A DNA stretch of 46,827 nt from a virus. Lineage: Duplodnaviria > Caudoviricetes. The DNA lies in the IMG/VR virus record IMGVR_UViG_3300042315_000882, positions 1-46,827 of that record. The stretch is one strand, 5' to 3'. The number at the start of each line of letters is the position of its first letter. Position 1 is the stretch's first letter. Both the position numbers and the translations under genes were made by a program. Below the pieces are notes generated by a model that saw only the letters and a list, made by a program, of their open reading frames with translations, had not been told where the DNA came from and ran no database searches. Positions 1 to 8,864 of the stretch are shown in pieces.

Positions 1-148
1 GGATAACAAAAAAAGAAATAGCTTCTCTTACAAGCTTAAAACTTATTCTGGATATTTTCATGCTATCAGAGAACTTTCAGGAATTTGCTCCAAACTCTCT
101 AGATTTTTTGGAAACCTACAAACGTTCTTTATTCGGAACATGAACTAA
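1..148 (+). CDS. 3' end of an upstream hypothetical gene (partial; frame ambiguous)
   Basis: Two frames are open from the window edge: frame 3 (ITKKEIASL...SLFGT, TGA 141-143) and frame 2 (ends TAA 146-148, overlapping the next ATG). Cannot decide between them. Confidence 0.35.
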   Translation, partial: DNKKRNSFSYKLKTYSGYFHAIRELSGICSKLSRFFGNLQTFFIRNMN

Positions 149-408
149 TGAGGACTACATTTGTTGTGTTGTTCTTTTGTTGTGCTGTGCTGAATGCTCA
201 ACAATTAAAATTTAAAGGCAATGTAGATTATATCCAGCAGACAAACAAAGCACTGTCGTCTGTACACAATATTGAGTACAAAATAAAATTATACGAACAC
301 TCAAAGTTCTCTCTTAGCTTGTTTAACGCACTTAGTGTTGATTTAGATTGTTTCCAAAATGAAATAAAAGAAACCAATGTGTTTACCACACTACAAATAG
401 AATTTTAA
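148..408 (+). CDS. small exported protein with signal peptide and C-terminal Phe
   Basis: MRTTFVVLFFCCAVLNA is a Sec-type signal; alternating beta-strand pattern; ends TTLQIEF. Confidence 0.55.
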   Translation: MRTTFVVLFFCCAVLNAQQLKFKGNVDYIQQTNKALSSVHNIEYKIKLYEHSKFSLSLFNALSVDLDCFQNEIKETNVFTTLQIEF

Positions 409-711
409 ATGCAATACGACGAATTTAAAAAAATTATTGAGGTAAAAGAAAAACTAATTAAAAGATCGTCCCAGCTTCACGGTTTAAATGTAAATCTTTT
501 GGATTACGACGAAGAGTATCACAAGATTATTAAGATTTTTATGATTTCTACATTCGGAGAAATAGGAACAGACTGGATTGAATGGTATCTATATGAGCGT
601 CCTTCGTTTTCCGGCACAATTCACAAAGCATGGGATGAAAACGGAAAAGAAATATGTTTTGATGTTCCTTCTTTATGGGAGACTGTAAAAGAATATTTAA
701 ACGACAAATAA
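409..711 (+). CDS. hypothetical phage protein
   Basis: 100 aa ORF abutting the previous stop; DWIEWYLYE motif. Confidence 0.7.
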   Translation: MQYDEFKKIIEVKEKLIKRSSQLHGLNVNLLDYDEEYHKIIKIFMISTFGEIGTDWIEWYLYERPSFSGTIHKAWDENGKEICFDVPSLWETVKEYLNDK

Positions 712-721
712 CTATGTTAAT

Positions 722-1063
722 ATGAAAAAAATAACCAAACCAGCTGAAAAAGAAGAAGCTACATATTATTCAGACTTTAGCGGAAAATGTTTCGGAGAAT
801 GGTTCCCGCCAGTAGAATTAAATATTGACTTTTCTTACGGTTCCAAGTACGATGGTGTCAACTTACAATTTCATTTAGATGATCATGATGTAGAAGACGT
901 TTTGACATTATTAAAATCAAAACTCAGCACGCAAACTAAAAAAACTTTAGCTGTTTTGTCCACAAAATTGGATAACGATTACGAAGACAACATTCAAATG
1001 AGAGACTGGGATAGCTGTAATTATATTAGCAACAACAAAGAACTTTTAGAAAGAATTATATGA
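722..1063 (+). CDS. hypothetical phage protein
   Basis: 113 aa ORF in a tightly packed + strand run; ATGA overlap with next gene. Confidence 0.7.
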   Translation: MKKITKPAEKEEATYYSDFSGKCFGEWFPPVELNIDFSYGSKYDGVNLQFHLDDHDVEDVLTLLKSKLSTQTKKTLAVLSTKLDNDYEDNIQMRDWDSCNYISNNKELLERII

Positions 1064-1344
1064 TAAAAAAAACTATAGAACCAACAGGAGATGTATGTGT
1101 TAAATTTACAGATGAGGAAATGAGCCAGCTGGGAATTAACCAAGGCGATAAATTCTCTGTAGAAGAAAAAGACGGAGGAATTGTATTAAAAAAATTTCAA
1201 ACTATAGATATAGAAATTTCCGAGCTCAGCAGAGAAACTCTCGAGCTTTTAATTGCGGATTCATGCGAAAAGGACATTTCCGTAAACGAAGTAATTTCTA
1301 ATATATTGGAAAGTTATATTTCCAACGAAGAAGACCTTATTTGA
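1060..1344 (+). CDS. AbrB/MazE/SpoVT-like DNA-binding protein with possible C-terminal ribbon-helix-helix
   Basis: GDVCVKFTDEEMSQLGINQGDKFSVEEKDGGIVLKK fits the swapped-hairpin pattern; the C-terminal ELSRETLELL...SVNEVISNILE resembles RHH. Confidence 0.6.
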   Translation: MIKKTIEPTGDVCVKFTDEEMSQLGINQGDKFSVEEKDGGIVLKKFQTIDIEISELSRETLELLIADSCEKDISVNEVISNILESYISNEEDLI

Positions 1345-1352
1345 TAAAATAC

Positions 1353-1631
1353 ATGGAGATAATCCAAGAGATTACAGAATTGACAGACGAGTGGTACCAT
1401 CTTATTGGGAAAGACCACCACAAAGACAGAGACTGTCATTGGTATATAGAAACAAAATGGAGTTACGGTTACGCTCCAATTTATACCGTAACTCATCAAG
1501 GTTACATTTTACATGATTTGGAAGATATAGAATGTAGTTCTTATGAAGAAGCACTAAAAACTCTCAAAAACGTGCTGATAGAAAAAATACAGGAGGAAAA
1601 AAGTTTTCAACAAAACGATTTAGAAGATTAA
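1353..1631 (+). CDS. hypothetical phage protein
   Basis: ORF track starts at TTG 1341; ATG 1353 is the alternative. HHKDRDCHW motif. Confidence 0.65.
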   Translation: MEIIQEITELTDEWYHLIGKDHHKDRDCHWYIETKWSYGYAPIYTVTHQGYILHDLEDIECSSYEEALKTLKNVLIEKIQEEKSFQQNDLED

Positions 1632-1632
1632 A

Positions 1633-1902
1633 ATGGAAAAAATTAAATACAAATTTGTAGAAACAACTGGGTGTACCGCATTCGATTTTACTGTAAACGG
1701 TAAATCGTTTGCTGAGCTCTCTGGACAAGAATATGATGAAATGTTGGCTTATTTATTTGAAAAGATTAAAGAAGGCATTTCCCAACAAACAATTTTATTA
1801 GAAAACGTTATACATCTCTTTCAATACGATGATTATGAACATGATCCCACAGTGTGTGAGCAGTGCGGAGATACAGTTACAGCGACAACTTGGAATATAT
1901 GA
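1633..1902 (+). CDS. hypothetical protein with C-terminal CxxC
   Basis: 89 aa; GCTA near N-terminus and CEQCGD near C-terminus. Confidence 0.65.
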   Translation: MEKIKYKFVETTGCTAFDFTVNGKSFAELSGQEYDEMLAYLFEKIKEGISQQTILLENVIHLFQYDDYEHDPTVCEQCGDTVTATTWNI

Positions 1903-2456
1903 TCAATACAATTAAAATTACTAATCTTGCAGAAGCAGAAAGTTACAGCTTTAATAAAAACAACACAGAATATGATGTTTGGATTTCTGTTGTCGGACAA
2001 GAAGATAGAAAACAAATTAATAGAATGCGCAAGAACTTTAATGAAAAGAATACAAAACATTTTCATCAATTTTTTGCAGATTGGTCAGATGAAGACGGCA
2101 TTGAGTGGAAACATTTAGAAGTAGAAGCTCCACAAAAACAACACATACAGAACATTATTACATTCATAAAGCAGTTTACTGAAAATAAAAAACAACACAA
2201 TCTTGGAGTAAACTGCTACGCTGGAATTTCGAGATCTACTGCTGTGGGGATTATAGCTTTAGTGATGTCAGGAAGAACAGTAGATCAAGCTTTGAAAGAG
2301 GTGTTGAAGGTCAGGAATATAGCTTGGCCCAACACTCGTATTCTCGGCTTTGCTTCTGATATTCTCGGAATTGATCTTAAGACACCAGTAGTTAACTGGA
2401 AGAAATGCTCTATGGAAGAAGGCATATGGACGCCAGATAGAATGCAATCCCATTAA
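1899..2456 (+). CDS. protein tyrosine/dual-specificity phosphatase family protein
   Basis: CX5R loop VNCYAGISRSTA, upstream FAD acid loop, downstream WPN; start set at ATG 1899 (ATGA overlap). Confidence 0.8.
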   Translation: MINTIKITNLAEAESYSFNKNNTEYDVWISVVGQEDRKQINRMRKNFNEKNTKHFHQFFADWSDEDGIEWKHLEVEAPQKQHIQNIITFIKQFTENKKQHNLGVNCYAGISRSTAVGIIALVMSGRTVDQALKEVLKVRNIAWPNTRILGFASDILGIDLKTPVVNWKKCSMEEGIWTPDRMQSH

Positions 2457-2462
2457 CTTCAG

Positions 2463-2490
2463 TTGACATTTAATTATTTTTTTGTAAACT
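2463..2490 (+). promoter_or_regulatory. sigma70-like promoter TTGACA-N16-TAAACT
   Basis: Intergenic; ATG 2500 follows after 9 nt. Confidence 0.65.
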
Positions 2491-2499
2491 TTACTACAT

Positions 2500-2997
2500 A
2501 TGGACGATAAACTTGAAATTGAACTTGTCACAAAATATCCTAAGATTCTCAGAGAGTATAAGGGGGATATGATGAAAACCTGCATGGCTTGGGGAATGGA
2601 ATGTTCCGATGGTTGGTATAAGCTATTAGACGATTGCATGAAAAAGATGCAATATTTCTGCGACCTCTGTTCGAAAGATGACAGAGAAGTCCAAGTTGTA
2701 GCTGCTCAAATTAAAGAGAAATACGGAACTCTTCGTTTTTATGTTGATGTATATGGAGCTAACGACATCGAAAATAGCATTATAGACGATATAGTAAAAG
2801 AGGCTGAATATCAATCTGAAAGAACATGCGAAGTTACCGGTAAAGATGGTAGTATGTGCAAAAAGAGAGGTTGGTATAGAACACTTTCTTATCAAGAAGC
2901 CCGTAAATGTGGCTATGTTGCGTGCGATCAAAACACAGAAAATTATTGGAAAGAAAAGGACGCAAAACCAGAAAGTCCGGAAGATCCAGAAGATTAA
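2500..2997 (+). CDS. conserved phage hypothetical protein (QIKEKYGTLRFY family)
   Basis: ECSDGW, QIKEKYGTLRFY and TCEVTG motifs typical of a widespread phage family of unknown function. Confidence 0.75.
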   Translation: MDDKLEIELVTKYPKILREYKGDMMKTCMAWGMECSDGWYKLLDDCMKKMQYFCDLCSKDDREVQVVAAQIKEKYGTLRFYVDVYGANDIENSIIDDIVKEAEYQSERTCEVTGKDGSMCKKRGWYRTLSYQEARKCGYVACDQNTENYWKEKDAKPESPEDPED

Positions 2998-2998
2998 T

Positions 2999-3026
2999 TT
3001 GATTATCTCAAATTTTTACGTAAATA
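2999..3026 (+). promoter_or_regulatory. promoter TTGATT-N16-TAAATA
   Basis: Intergenic, before ATG 3039. Confidence 0.45.
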
Positions 3027-3038
3027 TCTAACACACAA

Positions 3039-3416
3039 ATGGAATTTGAGTTGGATATTAACCAAGTTATTAATTTAGCAAACAAACGTAATCTTACTTT
3101 AGACGAAGCTTGTAAGTATATTTTTGGATTTATACAATCCTTTCAAGATAAACGAGAAGAAATATACTTACAAGAATTTAAGGAACGCTGTCAGCTCAAG
3201 CTAATAAAATATAGCGATGAAATGGCTGATGAGCTCGCTCGGGAAATTAAGTCTAAAATTGAGAAGGACGTAATTGACTTTGCGCCTAAATTTGCAACCT
3301 CGAGCATAGATAAAATTTTAGACGCTATGAACGAAAATCGTTTTAGAACTAAAAAAGGACCCGCTTATTTAATTGTGTTGTTGACTACACTTAAGGAAAC
3401 TTACTCTGTCAAGTAA
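3039..3416 (+). CDS. hypothetical helical protein
   Basis: 125 aa ORF, converges on 3417. Confidence 0.65.
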   Translation: MEFELDINQVINLANKRNLTLDEACKYIFGFIQSFQDKREEIYLQEFKERCQLKLIKYSDEMADELAREIKSKIEKDVIDFAPKFATSSIDKILDAMNENRFRTKKGPAYLIVLLTTLKETYSVK

Positions 3417-3890
3417 TTAGTGTAATCTTCTTGCTACTTCGGCTAAATTGTCCATTGCGATGGCAAGTTTTTGTTGAGCCCAGGTTTCTAAATGGCCCCC
3501 GCCGGCACAATATGAAGCAATTTTCACAATTGATTCTCTGACGGAATTTAAATTATCAATCGTCATTTGATCTTCTTCATCTTCTTGTTCGAGATCGACG
3601 TCGGTATTACAGGAACACGGAACATCTTCGCAACCACACGACATATCAGAAGCAACAGGTGACATGCTAACAGGAGTTCCAGTTGTGTCTTTATCAATTG
3701 AACTAGTTCCTTCTGGTGAACCGCTTGTCATATTCATGTCAATTCCTGGAGCTGGTTCGTCCATCGGACCCACATCTACTACAGGATTTGGCTCAGTACC
3801 AACAGTTGTTGTTTCAGGCTCTGGCTTCTTCATCTTATTTGTTATGGACAAATAAGCTTCTTGTAGTAAATCTGTTTCGTTTTTCTTCAT
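3417..3890 (-). CDS. acidic late protein, probable head-associated
   Basis: TAAATA-N5-ATG upstream; N-terminal DLLQEAY; C-terminal LETWAQQKLAIAMDNL helix. Confidence 0.65.
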   Translation of the reverse strand: MKKNETDLLQEAYLSITNKMKKPEPETTTVGTEPNPVVDVGPMDEPAPGIDMNMTSGSPEGTSSIDKDTTGTPVSMSPVASDMSCGCEDVPCSCNTDVDLEQEDEEDQMTIDNLNSVRESIVKIASYCAGGGHLETWAQQKLAIAMDNLAEVARRLH

Positions 3891-3917
3891 AATGTTATTT
3901 ATTTTAATTTAATTTTT

Positions 3918-4967
3918 TTATTGATATAAAGGTAATTTATACGCAGATCCAGCAATCTCAACATCAAACCACGCAACCGGACTTGTTGTATTCACAGGCG
4001 GAGCAGAAAAACTAGCACATTTCAACGTTCCGTTAATGGTTACATTCCCACTAACACTTAAATTTTCAGTTATTGTCAATCCTGAAATAGTTACAAAATT
4101 AGTCGAAAGGTAACTTGTTACCGTTGGAATTATATCAGCAGTTTCTTCCCATAACGCACTCAGAGAGTTTACGGTAATATACGTAGATTGCCATTGTGCC
4201 GAAAGGCTCTTTAAGTCCGTTCCTTGATAATTCCAATTAGTCGAAGAATTAGATTGAACTGTTGTATAAGTTGAATCCCAATTACCACTAAGAGCTTTTA
4301 AGTCCGTTCCTTGATAATTCCAATTAGTCGAAGAATTAGATTGAACTGTTGTATAAGTTGAATCCCAATTTGCGGAATTAGATTGAACATTGGAATAAGC
4401 AGACTTCCACTGTTCTGAATTACTATCTTTTGCAAAAATAGTCCAATTAGAACTTATTGACCCAACGACAGTTAATCTTTGATTTGGAGTATTTGTACCC
4501 ACACCTACATTTCCGTTAAAACCAGCTCTTCCGTCAATAAAAAGTGCTATGTCTGTATCGTCATAAAACTCAGCAATAACGTTATTTCCGAATTGTGTGA
4601 CCTTTAAAGCAGGACCTGTACCTAAATTTGATATAGATAAAGCTGATGTTGCATACACTTCTGTGTTAATCTGAGTTGTAGTTCCTTCAATTCGAGCATT
4701 TCCTGCCACAAATAAATCTCCGCTTAATACAGCAGTAGTAGCATAAACGTTTCCGGCAGCACGTAAGTTAGAGTTACTAATAACATCGTTAGAAGCTGAC
4801 AAGAACGCATTAGTTACAATTTCTCCGTCTGTATAAAATTCTCCCTGAAACGGCTCAATATAAGAAGCGATAGGATCTAAAGCAGCATCAAGAATGGTTA
4901 CATTCTTAGCTGTTCTCTGACTGTGGTGATTGGCTCGATGAAACTTATTATGAAACCGATTGCTCAT
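3918..4967 (-). CDS. tail fibre-like protein with NW-x-STYTTV repeats
   Basis: GNVGVGTNTPNQRLTVVGSIS fibre motif and repeats shared with the 42120-46827 fibre. Confidence 0.75.
   Translation of the reverse strand: MSNRFHNKFHRANHHSQRTAKNVTILDAALDPIASYIEPFQGEFYTDGEIVTNAFLSASNDVISNSNLRAAGNVYATTAVLSGDLFVAGNARIEGTTTQINTEVYATSALSISNLGTGPALKVTQFGNNVIAEFYDDTDIALFIDGRAGFNGNVGVGTNTPNQRLTVVGSISSNWTIFAKDSNSEQWKSAYSNVQSNSANWDSTYTTVQSNSSTNWNYQGTDLKALSGNWDSTYTTVQSNSSTNWNYQGTDLKSLSAQWQSTYITVNSLSALWEETADIIPTVTSYLSTNFVTISGLTITENLSVSGNVTINGTLKCASFSAPPVNTTSPVAWFDVEIAGSAYKLPLYQ
4210..4370. repeat. 87-bp-period in-frame tandem repeat (29 aa)
   Basis: 4210-4283 is identical to 4297-4370 (NWDSTYTTVQSNSSTNWNYQGTDLK). 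Confidence 0.9.
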
Positions 4968-4972
4968 TTATA

Positions 4973-5152
4973 CTAATTATCATAATAATTATCAAAAACG
5001 TCGCAATCCAATTCAGTCAATTTTTCTCGTAAAATGTCCAAAGCAACACAACATTCTTTTTTTGTAGAAAATGTGTCCTCAAAAGCAAGCAAAATTGTGC
5101 TTTCAATTATATCTTCTACTAATGACTCTATTTCGTTGTATTTGCTATGCAT
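4973..5152 (-). CDS. small acidic hypothetical protein
   Basis: Start moved from 5182 to ATG 5152 (MHSKYNE) because TAAATA lies 7 nt upstream of it. Confidence 0.55.
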   Translation of the reverse strand: MHSKYNEIESLVEDIIESTILLAFEDTFSTKKECCVALDILREKLTELDCDVFDNYYDN

Positions 5153-5191
5153 AATTTTATATTTATCTGTTAACTGAAGCATAATTAACTA

Positions 5192-6565
5192 ATGATGTCA
5201 TTAGTGGGTACAAAAAATATTAATAATGCTTCTACTGAAGAAAAAATAAGGACTTTAGCTAGAACAAAACCAGGAATGGCTCGTTTTTTAAACGACAATT
5301 TTCAGAGCAATGTTCAGTTTGCAGAAGGAGAGCAAGGTCAAGCAAAAAACGAAACTAGTCTAGATCGTTATACCAGAAATGCTATGGTGACTCTTTTTTC
5401 GGCAGAAATTCAAGCCGAAAACGCCTTAGCTTCCACTCTAACACCTGTATCTGAAGGAATATCAGGAGTAAAAGAAGAAGCCGTTCACCAAATTCAAGGG
5501 GTTAAAGAAAATATCAATAAATTGCTTAAACCCGTTTCTTCTGCCACTGGAGCGACCCTTGGCAATTTAACTAACGTACTAAAAGATCCTTTAGGAGCTC
5601 CGTCTGCAATAGGACAATCCGTAATAAATCTTATAGACAAAGTCAATCCAGGGTTTGCAGATTCATTAGACGCCACATTTAAAAAATACAAAGCCGACGA
5701 ATTAACAAATCTTCCAGGTCAAGCAATAGGTAGTATTAGAAATTTAGCAGCTTTAGCTGACTCGATATTATCTGTACCGTTCTCCATCGCAGAAGATTTG
5801 TATAACGGCTTAATGGACATCATGCAAGAAATTGGAGATTTAGTAGATAGTATAATGTCCGCTGTTTTTGATTTATTTTTTGGACCGGGAGGGGTTGTTG
5901 ATTCAATTATTCCTTTGTCTATGATTCAAGAATTTTTAGATACACTAGGAGAAGTTGCTTCTATAGTTGGAGGACTTTCTCAAATAGCTGGAGGTTTTGA
6001 TCAAATTACAAATATAACATCACAAGTAACTTCATATACAACCCAAGCGACCAGCATTTTAAATAATCCTATTCAACTAGCCCAGCAATTTGTAACTCCA
6101 GAAATTGAACAAGGAATGAGAGCACTTCGAGACCCACAAGCATTTGTAGAAAAATTACTTCCTAGTTCAATCGTTGGCCAAATTCAACAAATGCAAAACG
6201 TTCCAGGTTTAGGGTTTGTCGGTAACTTGGGTTACGGCGTAAGAGGCTCTTTGGAAACACTAAGCCAAGGGGTTTTTACTAAAATGGTTGATAATTTTAC
6301 GGATCAATTACACATATTATCTCCAAGTTTAAACAAAAAAACAAACACATTGCCTGCCCATGACTCTCAAGCTGCTCACTCTCCTAAAATAGATTCAGCA
6401 TCAACAAATCCAAACATAGCAACAGTTCAAGGAGTTCCTGTACAAGCAACACCGAGAGCTCCAATTTTTTCGACTAATGAAGCTGGAGTCAAGCAACAAG
6501 AAAACAATTCTGTGGAATCAGCTAATTCAATCAATTTAGGAGCCAAAACCACAATTGCTCAATAA
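5192..6565 (+). CDS. probable baseplate/tail structural protein, helical
   Basis: 457 aa amphipathic helical protein immediately upstream of the gp5-like gene. Confidence 0.55.
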   Translation: MMSLVGTKNINNASTEEKIRTLARTKPGMARFLNDNFQSNVQFAEGEQGQAKNETSLDRYTRNAMVTLFSAEIQAENALASTLTPVSEGISGVKEEAVHQIQGVKENINKLLKPVSSATGATLGNLTNVLKDPLGAPSAIGQSVINLIDKVNPGFADSLDATFKKYKADELTNLPGQAIGSIRNLAALADSILSVPFSIAEDLYNGLMDIMQEIGDLVDSIMSAVFDLFFGPGGVVDSIIPLSMIQEFLDTLGEVASIVGGLSQIAGGFDQITNITSQVTSYTTQATSILNNPIQLAQQFVTPEIEQGMRALRDPQAFVEKLLPSSIVGQIQQMQNVPGLGFVGNLGYGVRGSLETLSQGVFTKMVDNFTDQLHILSPSLNKKTNTLPAHDSQAAHSPKIDSASTNPNIATVQGVPVQATPRAPIFSTNEAGVKQQENNSVESANSINLGAKTTIAQ

Positions 6566-6573
6566 GTTAATTT

Positions 6574-8844
6574 ATGAAAAAATACAATTCAATGTATTTA
6601 GGGATTTGTATTAATAACAATGATCCTGAAAAAAGAGGAAGAGTTCAAATATTTGTTCCTCATATAATGCCAGCTTTATACGAAGGTTGGAACAAAGAAA
6701 AACAAGACATTGATATAACTTGTGTTGGAGACAATTTACCTGAAGGTCTCTCGTCTGAAATTATTAATCGTTTGTCTATTATTTTGCCTTGGGCCGAAGC
6801 AGCTTCTCCAATTCTTGGAACATCCGCACCAGGAAATTTATTGACAACAATAGCAGATACAGCAAATGAACTTGTTCAAGGAGCAAAAGGCATTATCAGT
6901 AGTGTATTTGATCAATCTCCTGTTGCAGAGCCTGCAAACATACAAGACCTACAAGGCCTTTATGGAGAAGCTTCTAAGTGGGTCGGTAACGATGAAAGAG
7001 GAAACACAGTCAAAAATTCTTGGAATACAACCAGAGGACCGGGCAATTGTCTTAGAGGTTCTCAGGCAATTTTAGGAGCATTAACTGGTCACCCTCGTTT
7101 TAATGCAGGAAAAGCTGGCGGTTTAGGAGAAAGCGCGAGTCTTTATAGTGGTAATAGCAAAGGAGGACAAAATTTTACAGGAACGGGTTTATACAATCCT
7201 CCGCAAAGTGTCCCTTCAAATTATATAAGTGATTCATCTCAATGGAAAGTTGGAGATGTGGTAGTCAATGGCGGGGGAGACAAAGGTTACGGCCACATAC
7301 AAGTTTGGACTGGTAAAGCTTGGGTTAGTGATTTTACTCAAAAGGGAATTATTCAGCAAGGCAATTATAATGGGTTTGTTCTTCACAGACCAAACGCTGC
7401 AGGAGAAGCAAGAATAAACGAACGAGCAGCATCTCTCGTTGGAGGAACTCCATCAGCCGCTCCGGAAGCAACAAGTGTTAGCGGAGAAGTTGCTGCAGCA
7501 AGTCCTCACCAAAACGCAAATCCTATAGAAATGGATCCAAACAGCCCGCAATACGGCTCAATTGCTAATCCCAATGCTGCCTCTAATGCCGCTCCATTAA
7601 GTGGACAAAGCGGCACAGCTGCATCCCAGCTAACATTGTCTAAAACTCAACAAAATTCTCTAAACCAGTTTCAAAAAAATTATCAAGCTAATGCTGGTCG
7701 ATACCAAGCGGTCAGTGATAATTTAAAAGCTCAAGGATACAATTTATCACCAGCTCAAGTTGCTGCTTTCCATTACAGAGAAGCTAGTGGGAATTTTGGA
7801 AAATCTATTGCAAACGGAGAGTCCCTAAACAATTATGTAAGAAAAGACGGAATAATGGGAGGAGGATCTGCATCCAACTCATTTACTAGAACAAACAATT
7901 GGGAGCAGAATGCTTCCGAAGTTCTTGCTTATAAACTTAATGAAAAATACGGAGCTAATGCTAAAACAAAAGATTTTTCTCAAAATTCTCAATTTTATGA
8001 CTTTGCTGAAAGATTTAACGGCATGGGTTATAGAAATAAAGGAGTTGCATCTCCTTACATATGGGCCGGCACAGATCAATATACTGGAGGCAAATACGTA
8101 AAAGATGGAGTATACGACCCCAACCATGTAGATCAACAACCAGGTATTGCAAGCTTAATTGCAACAGCTGAAGGCACTCCAATCGATGCAACGGCACAAG
8201 CACTTGCTGGCATGCCAATGTCAGGAGGCGGAGGGTTGGTCAACAATACCGATCCTCATGGTCCAATTACAACACAAAACTTAAACAACGTTGCCAAAGG
8301 AGTATTCACATATCCAGCCGCCGGGTCCATGCTGTGGGTATTTTTTAGAGAAGGGAACCCTCAATATCCTGTATATTTTGCAGCAAGTTATTCAAAGGAT
8401 GAATGGTCAAGTGCTTATGGTTTAGCGTCTGATGGGCCTGGCTATAGGCCTACAGCTACTTCGGACAATCCCACGACATCTACAGGAGGAATTATGAATT
8501 TAAATGGAGTTGGAGGCTTGAGGTGGGAGCATACATCTAATCCCCAAGATCGAATTTCAGATCAAAAAAGTATAATGTTGTTTGGAGAAGACGGTTCAAA
8601 CGTATTTTTTGGCAAAGGGTACAACCAATACTTTTCGAAATTTGATCGTAGAGATCAAGTCGAAGGGGACCGTTGGGAAACTACTTTAGGATTTAAGGAA
8701 GAATGGGTTCAAGGAGATTCTAACGAAGTAGTAATGGGGGATGTGTTTGTAAAAGTAGGAAACGTATCTCAACCCGCTGTAAACGCAGTGCAGAGAATTC
8801 AAGAAATTATTCAAACCGTTCAGCAGCCATTGCAAGAAACGTAA
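6574..8844 (+). CDS. gp5/VgrG-like baseplate hub N-terminal part with inserted CHAP-like amidase and lysozyme-family domains
   Basis: OB-fold start YLGICINNNDPEKRGRVQIFVP...LPWA and end GVFTYPAAGSMLWVFFREGNPQYPVY; GNC...GDVVV...GHIQVW...WVSDF (Cys/His peptidase); YREAS...ERFNGMGY...SPYIWAGTDQY..GKYVKDG (COG5526-type lysozyme family). Confidence 0.8.
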   Translation: MKKYNSMYLGICINNNDPEKRGRVQIFVPHIMPALYEGWNKEKQDIDITCVGDNLPEGLSSEIINRLSIILPWAEAASPILGTSAPGNLLTTIADTANELVQGAKGIISSVFDQSPVAEPANIQDLQGLYGEASKWVGNDERGNTVKNSWNTTRGPGNCLRGSQAILGALTGHPRFNAGKAGGLGESASLYSGNSKGGQNFTGTGLYNPPQSVPSNYISDSSQWKVGDVVVNGGGDKGYGHIQVWTGKAWVSDFTQKGIIQQGNYNGFVLHRPNAAGEARINERAASLVGGTPSAAPEATSVSGEVAAASPHQNANPIEMDPNSPQYGSIANPNAASNAAPLSGQSGTAASQLTLSKTQQNSLNQFQKNYQANAGRYQAVSDNLKAQGYNLSPAQVAAFHYREASGNFGKSIANGESLNNYVRKDGIMGGGSASNSFTRTNNWEQNASEVLAYKLNEKYGANAKTKDFSQNSQFYDFAERFNGMGYRNKGVASPYIWAGTDQYTGGKYVKDGVYDPNHVDQQPGIASLIATAEGTPIDATAQALAGMPMSGGGGLVNNTDPHGPITTQNLNNVAKGVFTYPAAGSMLWVFFREGNPQYPVYFAASYSKDEWSSAYGLASDGPGYRPTATSDNPTTSTGGIMNLNGVGGLRWEHTSNPQDRISDQKSIMLFGEDGSNVFFGKGYNQYFSKFDRRDQVEGDRWETTLGFKEEWVQGDSNEVVMGDVFVKVGNVSQPAVNAVQRIQEIIQTVQQPLQET

Positions 8845-8864
8845 TTCTAATATAAGTTATTAAG

